The notes under the pieces: generated by a model
Told to the model about the DNA's origin: nothing
Seen by the model: the letters and a program-made list of their open reading frames with translations, nothing else
Databases searched by the model: none
Made by a program: the position numbers and the translations under genes
Shown: positions 50,935-64,000 of the stretch, in pieces
How positions within the stretch are numbered: position 1 is the first letter of the stretch
How the letters are laid out: the number at the start of each line of letters is the position of its first letter
NCBI RefSeq assembly: GCF_037042905.1
Contig: NC_087251.1
Coordinates: 6,636,001-6,700,000, forward strand
Direction: 5' to 3'
DNA length: 64,000 nt
Origin: Lytechinus pictus
Taxonomy: Eukaryota

Positions 50935-51390
50935 AGGTCAAGTCCACCCCAGAAAAATGTTGATTTGAATGAATAGAGAAAAATCGAACTAGCATGATGC
51001 TGAAACTTTCATCAAAATCAGTTGTAAAATAGAAAGTTATGACATTTTAAAGTTTTGCTTATTTTTCACAAAACAGTTAACTGCACAACTCAGTGACATG
51101 CAATGAGACAGTCGATGTTCTTCACTCTTTTTTTTTTTTTTTGGTTTTTATTGTTCAAATATAAATAATTCAAATTTGTACAGATTTGATAATAACTGCC
51201 AACTTGACTGAACCATATAGTATTAAAATAATACTAATTCCACATATTCAGGCAGGAATTAATCTTTGTTTCACGAGACAATGAGGAGAATGTTAAAATA
51301 TTTCAGATGATAAAATACAAAAGAAAGAGTGGATGATGTCATCAGTCCTCATTTGCATACTGACCACTCGACCAGGATGTGCATAAAACA
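50935..51390. mobile_element. TTAA MITE family A, right-truncated copy
   Basis: TTAA|AGGTCAAGTCCACCCCAG start; body aligns to 40817 onward; no right TIR. Confidence 0.85.
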
Positions 51391-52030
51391 TATCCTACTC
51401 CCTATATCCTATACTCACACACTCAGAATTAACATAATTTAAAAAATGTAAGACCTGAATTAATGTGGAAAGTGTTTCTTAACGTTGTATTCATTGTTCA
51501 AATAAATTAAATAAATGACAAGTACATTTGATACAATTGGTTATACAGTATTTCATTCAGGTAAAAAAATCCTTGATAATTAAAAAAAAAACATTGAGGA
51601 AAAGGGATGTTCTACACAGACTACTTAATTATTGAGGAAGCCTCACTGCAGCTGCATTTTCATATTGCTGTCACAAGCCAGAAGTAAACTAATTAGCCTA
51701 CATTAGCAGAGTACACAGTTGGTATATAACAATATTTATTTGTTGTCCGTCATGATTTAATGAATGGACTGACTTTTGGAGAGTCAACAGAGATATTTCA
51801 GTACATATGCTCAGTCATGAAGTTTGAAAAAAAAAATCCTACGCCCCGATGTATATTTCAAAATGAAACAATTAGACTTACAACATTCAGATTTAGTCTT
51901 CATTGAGATTGTTGTGTAATATTGGTTCCGTTTGAAGGTCAATGATTTTGTTTTGCTATGTTTCATTTTGTTCCCGATCCTTTGTCATGTGATGTAAACA
52001 AATAAAAGGAGCAACACACCACTTCGACTG

Positions 52031-52051
52031 GCCACACCCTTGCCCCGCCCC
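52031..52051. promoter_or_regulatory. KLF/Sp boxes upstream of the TMEM72-like gene
   Basis: GCCACACCC and GCCCCGCCCC about 370 bp upstream of the ATG in a CpG-richer zone. Confidence 0.45.
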
Positions 52052-52410
52052 CTTTAGGCTGTTATAATCCCCTTGGCACGCTTGGAAATGCCGTTGACCC
52101 TGCTTTTGTCATTAATGACTCACATACAACAAACAATACAAGGAACAGTTCCAAGGCCGGAAAATAAGGTTCGTTTTGGGTCGAGTTGTCGTTGCCTTCA
52201 TGTAATAGCTGTACATGTCACATGATAGCCCCAAAGTTTATTATGATTGAAAGAGCACGCACACGTCATTGGGCTCATTAACAAACGAGACGGGATAGTT
52301 CAGCGAGGTGAACATCGTACGGTTCCGCTCGCTCAATTCAAGTTCCCTGCATTGCATGTGTTGAGATCAAGAGTGTAGTGAGCGACTTGTGGAAGAAACA
52401 AGAGCAAAAG

Positions 52411-52522
52411 ATGGCGGATGATCACAGAATAACGGTTAGAACGAGTCGATCTGTAAGATCTCAACTGTTTGGTTGCCATCCAGCATGTGCTTCTAATGTT
52501 TGGGCATTAATGACTGCAATTG
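52411..52522 (+). CDS. TMEM72-like exon 1 (MADDHRITVRTSRSVRSQLFGCHPACASNVWALMTAI)
   Basis: aagATGG start context; G|gtgagt donor, phase 1. Confidence 0.8.
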
Positions 52523-55500
52523 GTGAGTATTTAGATCTGTGATTTCTTTGTAACAAGACAAAGTCAAAACATGTTTATTTCTACCTCTATGATGAAGTCC
52601 ATGGTCAATAAACGATGAATGCAAAATTGATTGTGTTGTTGAATGATCGATTCTGGTTCTGATGTTGTGTGTGGCTGTGTGATTCGAGTTAAAATTGCCA
52701 GCAGTGATATTGAAATTGTAAATGTAATTCAATTTGTATTATATCAGGAAATATTTTGAAATGGTTTCTCTTAAAGGTACTAATAGGCCTGCTGCTTATG
52801 AGTGAAGCCCTTGTCTCAGAGTCATAAAGGACAATGGCTTAAATTAAAATTTATGATGGGGGACCTAAAGCTACCCACTTTGTTTACAAACGATAAAAAC
52901 TATGCCAATTTTAATATTAACCATGAAGAAATATCACAAAAGTCACTAATACGAAAATTTCCAAACACCTCTTGATTTCGCTTCGCCGCCCGATTAGCCA
53001 GGCGGCTTCTAGAGAGTAAAAATCATTTACTAACGTAAGGTTACTCTCATCATACGAAGCCAGGCCTTCTATCTCATAGACCCACATAGAGCCAGCCAAA
53101 ACCTGAAACTTTCACCCCCGAGATTTCTAGTTCTACTTTCCTTCTAAAAGATCTAGCTCTAAATCATGTACATGGGATAAAACTTAATTTCCGACATTTC
53201 TACGCTCTCGTTGTTATTTTTAAAACAAGAATTCATCAAAAAAATGAAAAAATATTGTGAAAAGACGGAAGAGACTTGCTCGATGTTTACGCCGCCATCT
53301 TGTTTCTTATTGTACTTCCCCAATGTTACGGACGTGAGCGTCGCGTAACAACGAGAGCGTAGAAATGTCGGAAATCAAGTTTTATCCCATGTACATGATT
53401 TAGAGCTAGATCTTTTAGAAGGAAAGTAGAAATCTCGGGGGTGAAAGTTTCAGGTTTTGGCTGGCTCTGGGTGGGTCTATGAGATAGAAGGCCTGGCTTC
53501 GTATGAGAGTAACCTTACGTTAGTAAATGATTTTTACTCTCTAGAAGCCGCCTGGCTACGCCCGATATAGAAGGGGTCCTAAAAAGCTACACACTCAATT
53601 TATAATCATGCAAAGAATAAGTATTTCCTGAGCCTAAATTTTTTCTAAATAATGTTCATATATTCTTATAGGGGAATATGAAATCAAAGTGAATATAACT
53701 CCAAAATTCCAAATAGTTGCTGGTTTTCTCTGTACCGGTATTTAGTGATTTATTGCAGCCTCTGTAGAAAAAAAAAACAACTACATGTAGGAATCATTCA
53801 TCACACTGCAGTCACAGGTGCACACAGGAGAGTGCACATTTTGCAATTGAAATTGCATGCGCATTGGAGTGGTGCGTAGCTTTAGGACCCGCGTAGCTTT
53901 AGGACCCCCTACCATATAATTTGGCCTTTTGCTTTGCAGTGAATAAAGCCAAGGTTAGAAATATTGTCTTTTCTTTCCATTGACATCCCTAAATCGCCCC
54001 AATTATTGTACTTATAATGGCAGTTGAAGATTGAAGTTCCTTCTGAGTATACTGCCAGGACTTTTCATGTCAAATCGTAATATATACATCCACTTGTCAT
54101 ATTACACAGCAGATGGATCTAAGATATACAATAGATCTATGTGCAAAGTAGTTGATTAAAGAAAAAGTAGACCCTAATTTTTTTATGCACTAGATCTTCA
54201 TTCTACATGCAGTCATGTGCATTTGAATTAAGAAAAAAAAACCACCAAGATTATGTCAGTTTAACATTGAATTCACGAACACTGTACCAGGATTGTGCAA
54301 TTATGGAATGAGTTTAATAGTAAAAGATTTTTATATTAATTTTTCACAGAGATATACAATTGCATGCATTCTGATGATTAAACTTGAATAGAAGATGAAA
54401 CCCAAGAAATTTTGTTTCTTTTATAACTACAGCGCTCCTTGGAGTAGGAATTTATTTTGTGGTCAACTCTGCTGCCAAATTTTGGATTTGGGTCTATCTC
54501 CTGTAAGTATAAGCTCTATTAGAAATTGAAAATAAAAACAAACTATGTCAATTTATTTTCATTTTCAATTTCATTTTCAAATGTCAATTTGAGATGATTA
54601 TTTGTAACTTTAGGTACCTAAAATTAAAGTGAACTTTAGGTAACTAAAAAGTGAACAATTGCATGGGACAAAAGCAAAAAGTCCCAGGTATGTAAAGAGC
54701 TAGGATGAGGCCGGGGTGCCGTTTCATAAAGCTGTTTAAGTTAAGAGTGACTTTAAGAACGACTGGTGATCCTTTCTTATGAGCTAAACCATCGCCAATG
54801 CAATATACCATTTACCACAAGAAAGGATCACCAGTCGTACTTAAAGTCGCTCTTAACTTACGAACAGCTTTATGAAACACCCACCTGTGCTGTCAACTTT
54901 TTTCTGTGAAGTGGGGTTATCTTAATTTTGCTAGTATGCTGGGTCATATTTCATTATACTTAAAATGTCTTTAGTTTATGATGAAAAGAAAATAAAGAAG
55001 ACCCTTCAATTTACCTTAGTCTCTTGTCAATACCTTGCATAATCTTAAGTCCTTTATGAAAGTCCATTTATGGTAAATCCAACTGTAATTCAGTGAACCA
55101 GGGACATTACCAACCATATACTCTTAAAGAAAAATATTTGTTTAATGATTAATAATGCAATGATTTATTGATTTATGGACTACATGTATGGTTGAGTTGT
55201 TCCCCAAGAGTTAGAGGTTGACCAATTGAATGAATGCATCCAGCAAATCAATTTTGAAATAGGTTTTTGGAACTTGAAATGATAAACTCATAAAGGGAAG
55301 AATACCTGTGTCATGTTTATATTGTATTTTACCTTTTATTTTATCTAGGGTTGCAGGTGGCATTGTTCTGCTATTGGAAATAATGACTCTTTTCACTTAC
55401 ACTACTTGTTGCAGGTATGTAACCTTTTTACAAATCATTACTAACGTTTTTAAACAAGTTACAAAATCAAAGTAACTTTAAAGTTTTAAAGGAAAACTAA

Positions 55501-58500
55501 AGACAATATCTTATTTATTTTTTATTCAAATGAAGTTATTTATATTAATTTAATTAATGATGCATTGGTTTCAGTCAAAACATTTCACTGTAGGTATTAG
55601 CAGACTGGATAAATGGTACAAGAATAGTACACATTTTTTCCAATATTATGCAAGGAAAGAAGAAAGTTATACAATGCATCATTATTTCAAAACTAACAAT
55701 GATATGTGTGTTCAAAATCTTACATTATCTTAGAGTCCTAAAATTTGTTTTGAATTAGTCAGGGGTGGTATTCTGAAAATGTCTTAAATTTTCTTGTAAC
55801 ATTTCTTATAACTCAGCAAGATAACAGCTTACTAAAACTGTCTTAAATTGGTGTTATGAAAATTGTCTTATCTCTGTTTGGACATCCCCTATTTTATCTC
55901 TGACATGCCCAATATGTTATCATCAACCAATAATTTAAGTTGTTATATGCTTCAGCCAACCGATAGAAGCATCTCCTAGAGCTGTAAACACATCTAGTGC
56001 ATTATTGACATGAGGTGTAATTTGCCTTGCACCTCTTGACGCTTGTGCTAAAAATACATGTGGCTGTTCTCACAGGCATATTTTCTTTGAAATCATTTAT
56101 CATTTCAAAATTATGAGATTATTAAATTGCTGAAAAGTCTGCAAATCCATCTCTGTAATATCTTTGGGATGTCTCCTTTTGTAAAACAAAATGTTCTTGC
56201 AGGATGTAGCAGGAAATTATTATTGTTGACCGAGAAATATCGCATGCATCATTAGGTTACAATAGCCTCCTGCCTCTTGTAAATTTTATTTTATATTCCA
56301 AGGAAGTTGACAATGAAAAGAAAAGATTTTCAGAATACCTTCTATCTTTATATGTTATCTTGAATACAAAGAGAGATTTATGTGCCATTTTTAGTTTTAC
56401 ACTTATTTTGCTCTGAAATCATGCATGCTCAGTGAAAGTCACAAGAAAAGTTACAAGAAAAGATACAAGAATTTTCGGAATACTGATTTTATTCTAACTC
56501 TGGAAGATACAAGAATATTTGTCTTCAGACAATTTCCAGATTACGACCCCAGAGGGCAGGCAAATTGCCTAAAAATTTAGAAGTAGGAAGGAATACCAAT
56601 TAAATTCTGATCTGTACTAATCTCTTTAATTTTATTGTTCGTAGATTAATTGATTTTAATAATGTGTCTTATTATTGCCTTGACAGACAACGATGTGGTA
56701 AATGTATCAAAGCCATATGGTTTATTGACACCTGGAAAAGAGGATTGGTTTATGTCGTTGGAGGAATCTTCTGTTTCATACCTTTTGGTGTTGACCTTCG
56801 TTTGCTTTGTGGTAAGAATAACATTTTTTTTTCTACTTTAATCCCAAATGCTATTTTATGAACGATTGATTCAATCAATGTGTGTGATTGAATTTTTCAA
56901 TCGAACATGTTTATTTACGTCAGGAATTGACCTTCAACGTGACCAAGGCTTGAACCTCAAATGTCTGAATAAATTTGTAACTTCCCCAATGTAGCTTGGA
57001 TTATAGGTGCACGCCATAACGCCCAGTTCAAAATACAAAAAGATTTGTAATGTCGGTTATTTGCAGTGAATAAAGTACTGGTACATATGTATGTCATGAA
57101 TATCAAGCTGAAACGCTTGCTTATTAATAGAGTAGAAACCCAAGTATGAGTTTATACAATGACATACCAGCACAAATTAAGAGCTACATGTATAGATAGT
57201 AATTGTTTTGATGTCTTTATAAATGTGGAATAGATGCATACAATGATACATTCTTAAGTATTAATATATTTATGTAATTAGTGTGCTAAATGTCTCTGCA
57301 AAATTAGATCATACCCCATTAATTATTTTTTTAATATGGAAGTATGTGCAGACTTTAAATAGGGTATCATGCGTAACATAATGATACAAATCATCCTGCT
57401 ATAAAAAGAAGAAGAAGAAAAATGGCACAAAAATATAACATTTGGATTCTTAGACATTTTATGTTTGAAAACATACCTCTTGGATATCAGTTAGCATTGA
57501 TCTGAAAGAGAGAAAAAAAAATAATAATAAGACAGAGAGAAAGAGAGATAGAGTGGGGGGGGGGGCAGTAGAGACACTACCACACAAAGGGATACCAGTA
57601 CACACATGACCATTACCACAAAGTAAAATAACCCTCACTTGTGGTCATATTCAAGAAAATTAATAAAGAGGAAGAGGAGGATGGGAATGGGACAAAAAAA
57701 AGATCTTCTATTTCAATTTCCTCTGCTACTTCTTTATTTTAACTTTGTGATCTAGGGGACTAATGACCAAGACATACTAATTTCCTGACCCAGTTTCTAG
57801 TCATTATCACTGACCCATCTGAACTAAGGTTGGGTGTAAGAAAACACACTGCAGATGCACATATTATATACCAATCAACCTACCAACAATACAAACTGGC
57901 AACAAAAATGCATACAACTGCTATTCTATAAAAAGTGAATAAATTATCATTTTGTGAATGTGATGTGTAAATGTATTTTAGGTTCTAAGTCTCTGTAAAG
58001 CAATGAAGTCGTTTGTTTCAATTGAACTACTTTCTATATTATTGTTAAGGAATAAGGAATACTGTCCACCCCTTTTTATCAAGTTTTCTCGGTCACACCC
58101 ACCATCTTGAAGTGCTAAATTTTTTAATGAATATCATTAGTGAGTATATTATGGTAATTGTATACATTTCATATAGATCTTTTGTCCGTTTATTAATTCT
58201 AATTTATTTCCTTATACATTAATTTCTATTTATGTTTGAATAATTCATAAAAATATAATTCCATATATTTGTTGTGTATTATATCAATGTTGGGTTTTTT
58301 CTTATTTCTTTTGGCAAATGCTTGGACCTTTGATATGTTAAGAAGCTACATGTAACATAAACACTGAAGCCAAGCATTATGTACTTGATATTCATGTACT
58401 GGTGTGATGGACTACGAGTCTTGTTGTAATATAATTTATTCAACCTTTACAAAGCAGCCACATGATGTGTATCATGTGTTTTGCACCACTATCATAACAT

Positions 58501-60637
58501 TATTAAGAAAAATACCAGCAAATAATATGCAGATCTATAAATACAGCCAGCATGCTCTTTAGTCTTTTATAATTGCAATTCTGAGGATTATTAATCTATC
58601 GAAATAAAATAGACGTCTATCACAATAGTTGTAAAAATTTGTACATGTATATGTTATCATGAAAAGTGTTTTCAAGTTTTTTTCAATTTTAATTGAAGTA
58701 TGTTTCAATTTTTTTCCAGTGGCATGTGTAGTTCATGATATAGTCAAAAGGATTATTGCTTGTCCAAATTTTGCAATTGTCATTATTTACTCATGTTACT
58801 CATATATTGGAATCATTTGATTGTTTTTATACTAATAAACCATATCTCGTTTGTTTTTTTCAGAGATGTGAAAATATATGAATTTGAATTCATATATAAC
58901 TGGGGTGTATCTCCTCCATCCACCCCTTCAAATAAGAATGGAAATTCAATAATTTTTTTTAATAATAATTATATTACAACTGTATGAAGGAAAAATACAT
59001 TGGCTACATGTAGGAGTAGAGTTGGTTGAAGAGAATATTTTTTTCTTTAACATCATGCAGCTGAAAGGACATCTGGGACAAGTTGATGTAGGTGTTTCAC
59101 AATGATGTTTGTAATGTTACACATGAATCATTGATTTGGAATATTGCCAGCCAACAGTAAATTGAAATAGCACACAATTAAATCACACTACTTTATTCTA
59201 CAATAAGAGAAAGAAAAAAAGATTTTCATTGTCATTTCATAAAATATTTTCTGGCAACAGTTAAATGTTATTTAATAATTAATAAAAAAACACTTTTGGC
59301 TTGGCAAATTGTTATTGTCACTTCCTGGAAAGATTCACTTGCAACAAGAAAAGGTTAAGATAATTGGTAAAAATAATATACAAAACAGAGTAAATTAGAA
59401 GTTAACACATATGACCAGGAAATCAGAAAACAAAATATTCATCATAATCTGGAAAAAATATATTGGAAACAAATGATACTCATAAAGAATCAGGAGGCAG
59501 CTAGAAAGGCAAAACAAGCCAGCCTGCCACCCTAACAAAACTAGAACCAGAAGTTGATGAATTGCAGCTTTGTTGATGTTGTTTGACTGTTTATTTTCAG
59601 TATATAACTTCATGATCTTGGAGGCTAAGGAGACTTGTGCTATTTTTTATAAAGTGGAAAAAGTACATACATGTACATGTATGCAATGTATTTGTATAAT
59701 ACTGTTTAAAGAAGTAAATTGCAGGATTTGCAGTATATCAGAGTAAAGTAGGTTTTCTGTATATCAAATTTGGGTTACTGCAAGTTCTTCAACAGGCTAA
59801 ATATAAATTCCAGTTGCTGTAATGCTCATAGATATATGCAAAATGATTCTGACAGAAAATTTACGCATTTAGTCATTTTCAATAAACTTAGTTTTCAGTT
59901 TATTTTTCATTATTCCTAAGATTTGGTCAAATGTTCAATTATTAACATTAAATGCACAGTAAAGTGGAGGAGGGGGTGTTGACATGATAGATCATGTATC
60001 TACACCAGTATACCTTGATGTCGAATAAGTGTTTTTTTAGAAAGAAAAGATCCACTGCAAAGAATTATGCACTCACATGAAAACATTCATGCTATATATA
60101 TGTAAAGCCATAACAGTTTAAATATTTTAATCATTTAAACTGTTTTAGGCCAAACATTTGTATGCAATTCCATTCTCGCATGTGCAATGTGCAGTGTGAG
60201 GCTTGGTAGAGCAGCCTTTTATTGTCTTTTTGGTGATTACATAATATGCACTAAAACATGAACATATTCACTAAAACATGTCCAAACTGTAGTTTACATT
60301 GAAAAGCCCAGTTATCTACTAGATCATATATGGAGTACACATACAATACATTGCAACCATCTGACTGATTACAACAATCTAGATAAAACTATGTATGGAA
60401 CCTTAGAAATACTTCATGTAGTACACTTCAGACAGCTGTCGAAGCCCATTAAGTGCCTACATTAACTGAGCAATTCTTTATTTGATATGACCCTTTTTTT
60501 TGTTTTATGTCTTGAAATATGCAGGTATTATGCTATTCATCGCAGGATTCCTTTATATTGCCAAGACGTGTAAGTCAACACGGAACCCAGAAGATCGTAA
60601 AGAGCTGGTTGAGGAAGAGCAGCAGAATCAAGCTTAA
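52411..60637 (+). CDS. Small multi-pass membrane protein, TMEM72/Flower(CACFD1)-like; 5 exons, 161 aa
   Basis: Exons 52411-52522, 54433-54502, 55349-55414, 56687-56811 and 60525-60637 join in frame with GT-AG sites. About four hydrophobic segments: VWALMTAIALLGVGIYFVV, IWVYLLVAGGIVLLLEIMTLF, WKRGLVYVVGGIFCFIPF and LLCGIMLFIAGFLYIA. The pattern resembles TMEM72 as I recall it (LGITTAAVLIGVG, FYLL, PGSMLIITGLAY). Confidence 0.8.
52852..53916. mobile_element. TIR element with GGGTCCTAAAGCTAC terminal motifs, host of the foldback insertion
   Basis: tatgatgggggacctaaagctac ... gtagctttaggaccccctaccata. Confidence 0.65.
52995..53558. mobile_element. Foldback MITE with about 220-bp TIRs, TAG...CTA termini and an 8-bp TSD
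   Basis: Arms 52995-53217 and about 53346-53558 are near-perfect reverse complements; CGCCCGAT at 52987-52994 and 53559-53566. Confidence 0.93.
54433..54502 (+). CDS. TMEM72-like exon 2 (ALLGVGIYFVVNSAAKFWIWVYLL)
   Basis: cag acceptor, gtaagt donor, phase 1 to 2. Confidence 0.8.
54714..54884. mobile_element. Harbinger-like palindromic MITE, intact
   Basis: gtttcataaagctgtt..aagttaagag..actttaag..acgactggtgatcctttctt is mirrored on the right arm. Confidence 0.85.
55349..55414 (+). CDS. TMEM72-like exon 3 (VAGGIVLLLEIMTLFTYTTCCR)
   Basis: ctag acceptor, gtatgt donor, phase 2 to 2. Confidence 0.8.
55763..56549. mobile_element. Harbinger-like non-autonomous element
   Basis: CAG|GGGTGGTATTCTGAAAA ... 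TTCCAGATTACGACCC|CAG; 3-bp CAG duplication. Confidence 0.65.
56687..56811 (+). CDS. TMEM72-like exon 4 (QRCGKCIKAIWFIDTWKRGLVYVVGGIFCFIPFGVDLRLLC)
   Basis: cag acceptor, gtaaga donor, phase 2 to 1; lies within ORF 56664-56861. Confidence 0.82.
60525..60637 (+). CDS. TMEM72-like exon 5 (GIMLFIAGFLYIAKTCKSTRNPEDRKELVEEEQQNQA*)
   Basis: gcag acceptor in phase 1; TAA stop. Confidence 0.8.
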
Positions 60638-61143
60638 ATACCCTTCTTTTGATCCAACATCTTGATTTTAAAGGCCTCCTCCTGTTCCTTTGTAAGGTCT
60701 ATGTCTAGTGAGAGGTCCCGAGATGAAGTGAAAGGGCCGTCTCACTCGTTGCCATGTCAGATATAGCTTAAAACTAATTGCCATGCAGTGTTACTATTGC
60801 CAGTACATCTTGTGTGAGAGTTGTGAACAGATCGTTTATTGTGCACTGCTTCATCATACATGTGTTCCAATGCACATCTCCCATCACCTAGCTAGTTTGT
60901 GCAGAGTTTATGAAGCTGCATGGTGGCTGAGTAATTTAACAGATTTTTGTTTAGCATACATAACAACTGATGTATACATGCTCTATTGTTTTATGGTTTG
61001 TATCAAATTGTGTGAATTCTGATTTTTTAAAAATATTTATTTAAAAAGTGTTTAACAGGGGTTCTGTCTCATATTACCAGTGCTCAAGATAATTACAAGT
61101 ATGCCCATCTGCTCAACTAAACAGGATGTAACTGTAGGAATAT

Positions 61144-61745
61144 CCCGAGGGGCCACTTCCACTGTTGAGTGGATACTATGCGCGACCATGGGGTCTCGAA
61201 AAGCACCCTAAACACGTATTTTCTATATTCTGAAAATGCACCCCTTAACAAGTATTGGCGTGTGAAACCCTACCCTTAACAAATAACAAGTATTAGAAAC
61301 AAAACGATACTCTTGGCAAGAATTCCCTGAATTGAACCCCTAAACAAGTAATTGTTATGTCACGGACATTGGTTGTCGGTTTTACCTTTACCTACATCAT
61401 TGGGTTTAGTATAGTACTAATACTAGTACGGCCCCACCTCCCACACCTCGCGCAAATCGTACTCTAAACACGTAGTGTTGACTGTTGGGGCAAAAAGTAC
61501 ATCCTTTATAAAGCATTTTAGTCTTAATTTTTTATACCCTCGCAAATCTGACCCTAAACACGTCGCTTTCCTAGCGAAATAGATAGGCCTACCCTTTTTT
61601 CATTATTTTAGTGTTTTTGACACCCTTATTACGTTACGTACGTAACGTGCCCTATCTTGAAAAAGACATCCTTTTTACATGTTTTTTTGGTCGTGCATGG
61701 TATCCACTCGTCAATGTAAGTGCCCCCCCCCCCCCCCCCCCCGAG
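61144..61745. mobile_element. Intact MITE with CCCG(A/G)GGGG termini, about 40-bp TIRs and a 6-7 bp duplication
   Basis: gggggccacttccactgttgagtggatactatgcgcgacca / tggtcgtgcatggtatccactcgtcaatgtaagtgccccc; (G)GAATAT on both flanks. Confidence 0.88.
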
Positions 61746-61788
61746 GAATATATGACTTTTTCAGTTGAATGAGATTGATATGATTTTA

Positions 61789-62330
61789 GAGGTCAAGTCC
61801 ATCTCAACAGCAAGTTGATTTGAATAAATAGAAAAAAAATTGAATAAAAAGCTGAAAAGATCAAATTGGATTGTAAAATAAGAAAGTTATTATATTGTAG
61901 AGTTAAGCTTAATTTCCCAAAGCAGTCATATGTGCAACACAATGTGGTATGTAAATAAAGGAAATGATTGTGTCACCCACTCACTATTATTGTGTTATTT
62001 TATTTTATTTTCCTCCTTATAATTGTAAAAAATGAATTTATTCATCTCTAAACAATCAAGATGTATACTTACTGCACGGCTGTGTTGTAAACCTATGGTG
62101 ATTCAATCAAGAGGATTTTAATTGTAAATCTACATCACAATGTTTAATAGAAGAAGTCGTGAGAGTGTGGTATCATTTGCCCTCTCATTGGCATATCACT
62201 AATGTTTTGGTTACCATTATTTTTTTTTAAATAAGCAAAACTCTAAATTTCATAACTTTTTAACTATGCATTTGATTTTGATGAATTTTCACTCTTCATT
62301 TTCTTTATTTCTTGGGTAGGACTTGATCTT
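61789..62330. mobile_element. Old, diverged family A copy
   Basis: aggtcaagtccatctcaac ... gggtaggacttgatct; internal taaaataagaaagtta shared with the other copies. Confidence 0.65.
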
Positions 62331-62837
62331 TAGTGATGTACCAACATTCATTCATTTTATATTGTCAGTGTAGGGGCTTAATGACCCTATAGAAAAAAAA
62401 TGCTTGGGAGTTTGGGTCTAAAAAAAAGTACTGGTAATTAGTTAACCACAGAATGTCAGTTGTTGAATAGTACTGGTCGGTGAGTTTGCAGCTCTAGTAT
62501 GTATACTGGTAGAACTGCTGTAGAATTACAGTATCAATGTATTTCGACCCTTAGTGCAATTAAACCCTTTTCTATGCAATCTATTTGTCTATGTGCTAAA
62601 GGGAAAATGTGTAGAGTATTGGAGAAGTATAAACTGTTCAACCAATCATGATTTTTCAATTTGTATGTTTACTAGCACTTTTACATTATATTTCCTATAA
62701 AAAGAATATTTTGTGTGCAACTTTCTGTTAACACATGTTTATATTATACATGTAACTTATTCTGCCTTAATATTGCTAGAATTCAGATATTGTCCTATCA
62801 GCTATTGTAGGAGTCATTCAAAATGCATTTGTGAAAC

Positions 62838-64000
62838 CAGTGGCGTAACTATGGGGGGCACATGCCCCCCCCAATCGGCTGGCCCCCTCAAAAAAAAAAA
62901 AACGGGGAAAGGAGAAAAAGAGGGAGAAGGAAGAGAAACGTAGTGGGGAAAGAAGAAATTATTGTTCATTATAATGTTATATTATATTTTGTTATATTAC
63001 ATAAGAAGCATTTTTCATAACTTTATGAAACATTAATTGCTCAGGGCCTATGTCTTTATTGTCCCTGGTGCTCGCATAGACTGTTTAACGAGATATATAA
63101 CAGGGTTGTGAGAGTTCAGATTTTTATCTGATTTCAATTTTTTTTTTTTTTTATTGTCAGCTTAATTTTAGCTTATTTTTGGCTTTCCTCTGTGCAAAAA
63201 GTATGGGAGCTCTTTCTTTTTCAGACTTTTTCAACACTCTTCAGCTTTTTTCAGATCTTTTTATTTGTGACCACTCACACCCCTGATATAATCCTGTTGT
63301 ACTAAAACCTCCCGTTTTCAAATCAATATACTGTACACCAAATATATTTCCTCACAATTCGAGTTATTATTGTTTCATTTTTCATGCCTACTTAAAGTGA
63401 TTGCCCTATTTTAAGGTCTTAATATAAAACATTTCCTGTCTGTGCTAACATTCGCATTCGTTGATTGGTGAGATGTCTGCTCTTCATGAATTCCTAAAAT
63501 CAGTTCTTAAAATGTCAATTTTTCTAATCTCAATATCAAAAATTTTCAGCCTGTGCTTCGCGCTCGCATCATTTGGCTAGTGAAATGTGTACGGTCTTAG
63601 TGAATTCCTGCAAACAAGCCTTAGAATGCCCCTCTTCAGGTCTGAATTTCCTAATTTTTCAGCTCGCGCTTCGCGCTCGTAGTATCTGATTAGTGAGATG
63701 CATATGATAATCATAATTACAATGACTACAAAAAGTGCTAAATGTGTTTAGATGTAATTCTAACAAAATCAGCAAAGGATGGCACTTGCATTAGATGACT
63801 ATGCTGAGATATGTATACTCTTAATGGATTCCTAAACTATAGTCCTTAAAATGTCAGTTTGGGGTCAATATATACAAAAATTTCAACTCTCGCTTCATGC
63901 TCGCATTGTTTGTTTAGCGAGACAGGTACGTATCATGATTACACAAAATTTGCTTATGTCCCTTTTTAGGTCTGAATATCAAAACTTTTCAGCTCGCGCT
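62838..64000. mobile_element. CAGTGGCGTA-type DNA element with internal gcttcgcgctcgca repeats, running off the window end
   Basis: Starts cagtggcgtaactatggggggcacatgccccccc; degenerate units of about 120 bp with aattttcagctcgcgcttcgcgctcg. Confidence 0.65.
63101..63285. mobile_element. Small hAT-like MITE nested in the terminal element
   Basis: CAGGGTTGTGAGAGTTCA ... TGACCACTCACACCCCTG; ATATAA on both flanks. Confidence 0.65.

Overview
AT-rich, intron-rich animal genomic DNA; the repeat landscape suggests an echinoderm such as a sea urchin, but that is inference. I reconstructed two + strand genes by hand from GT-AG exons whose phases all join in frame. (1) A complete nephrocystin-1 (NPHP1) orthologue: 28 coding exons, 3847-47886, about 1081 aa, with an N-terminal coiled coil, an SH3 domain and the NPHP1 homology domain, plus a roughly 450-aa charged low-complexity insert before the SH3. 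(2) A 5-exon, 161-aa small multi-pass membrane protein of the TMEM72/Flower-like type, 52411-60637. Introns and intergenic DNA hold many non-autonomous transposons: TTAA-targeting Kolobok-like and piggyBac-like elements, Harbinger-like and hAT-like MITEs, Helentron/DINE-like elements, a LINE 3' fragment and an ORF1-only retroelement. Several are nested, and in some cases an uninterrupted sister copy in the window shows the empty site. I found no CRISPR, rRNA or tRNA genes and no intact transposase or reverse transcriptase. Most ORFs in the supplied track are spurious. No wholly new biological system is established; the best leads are the NPHP1 insert, candidate microexons, the ORF1-only element and the nested insertion stack.
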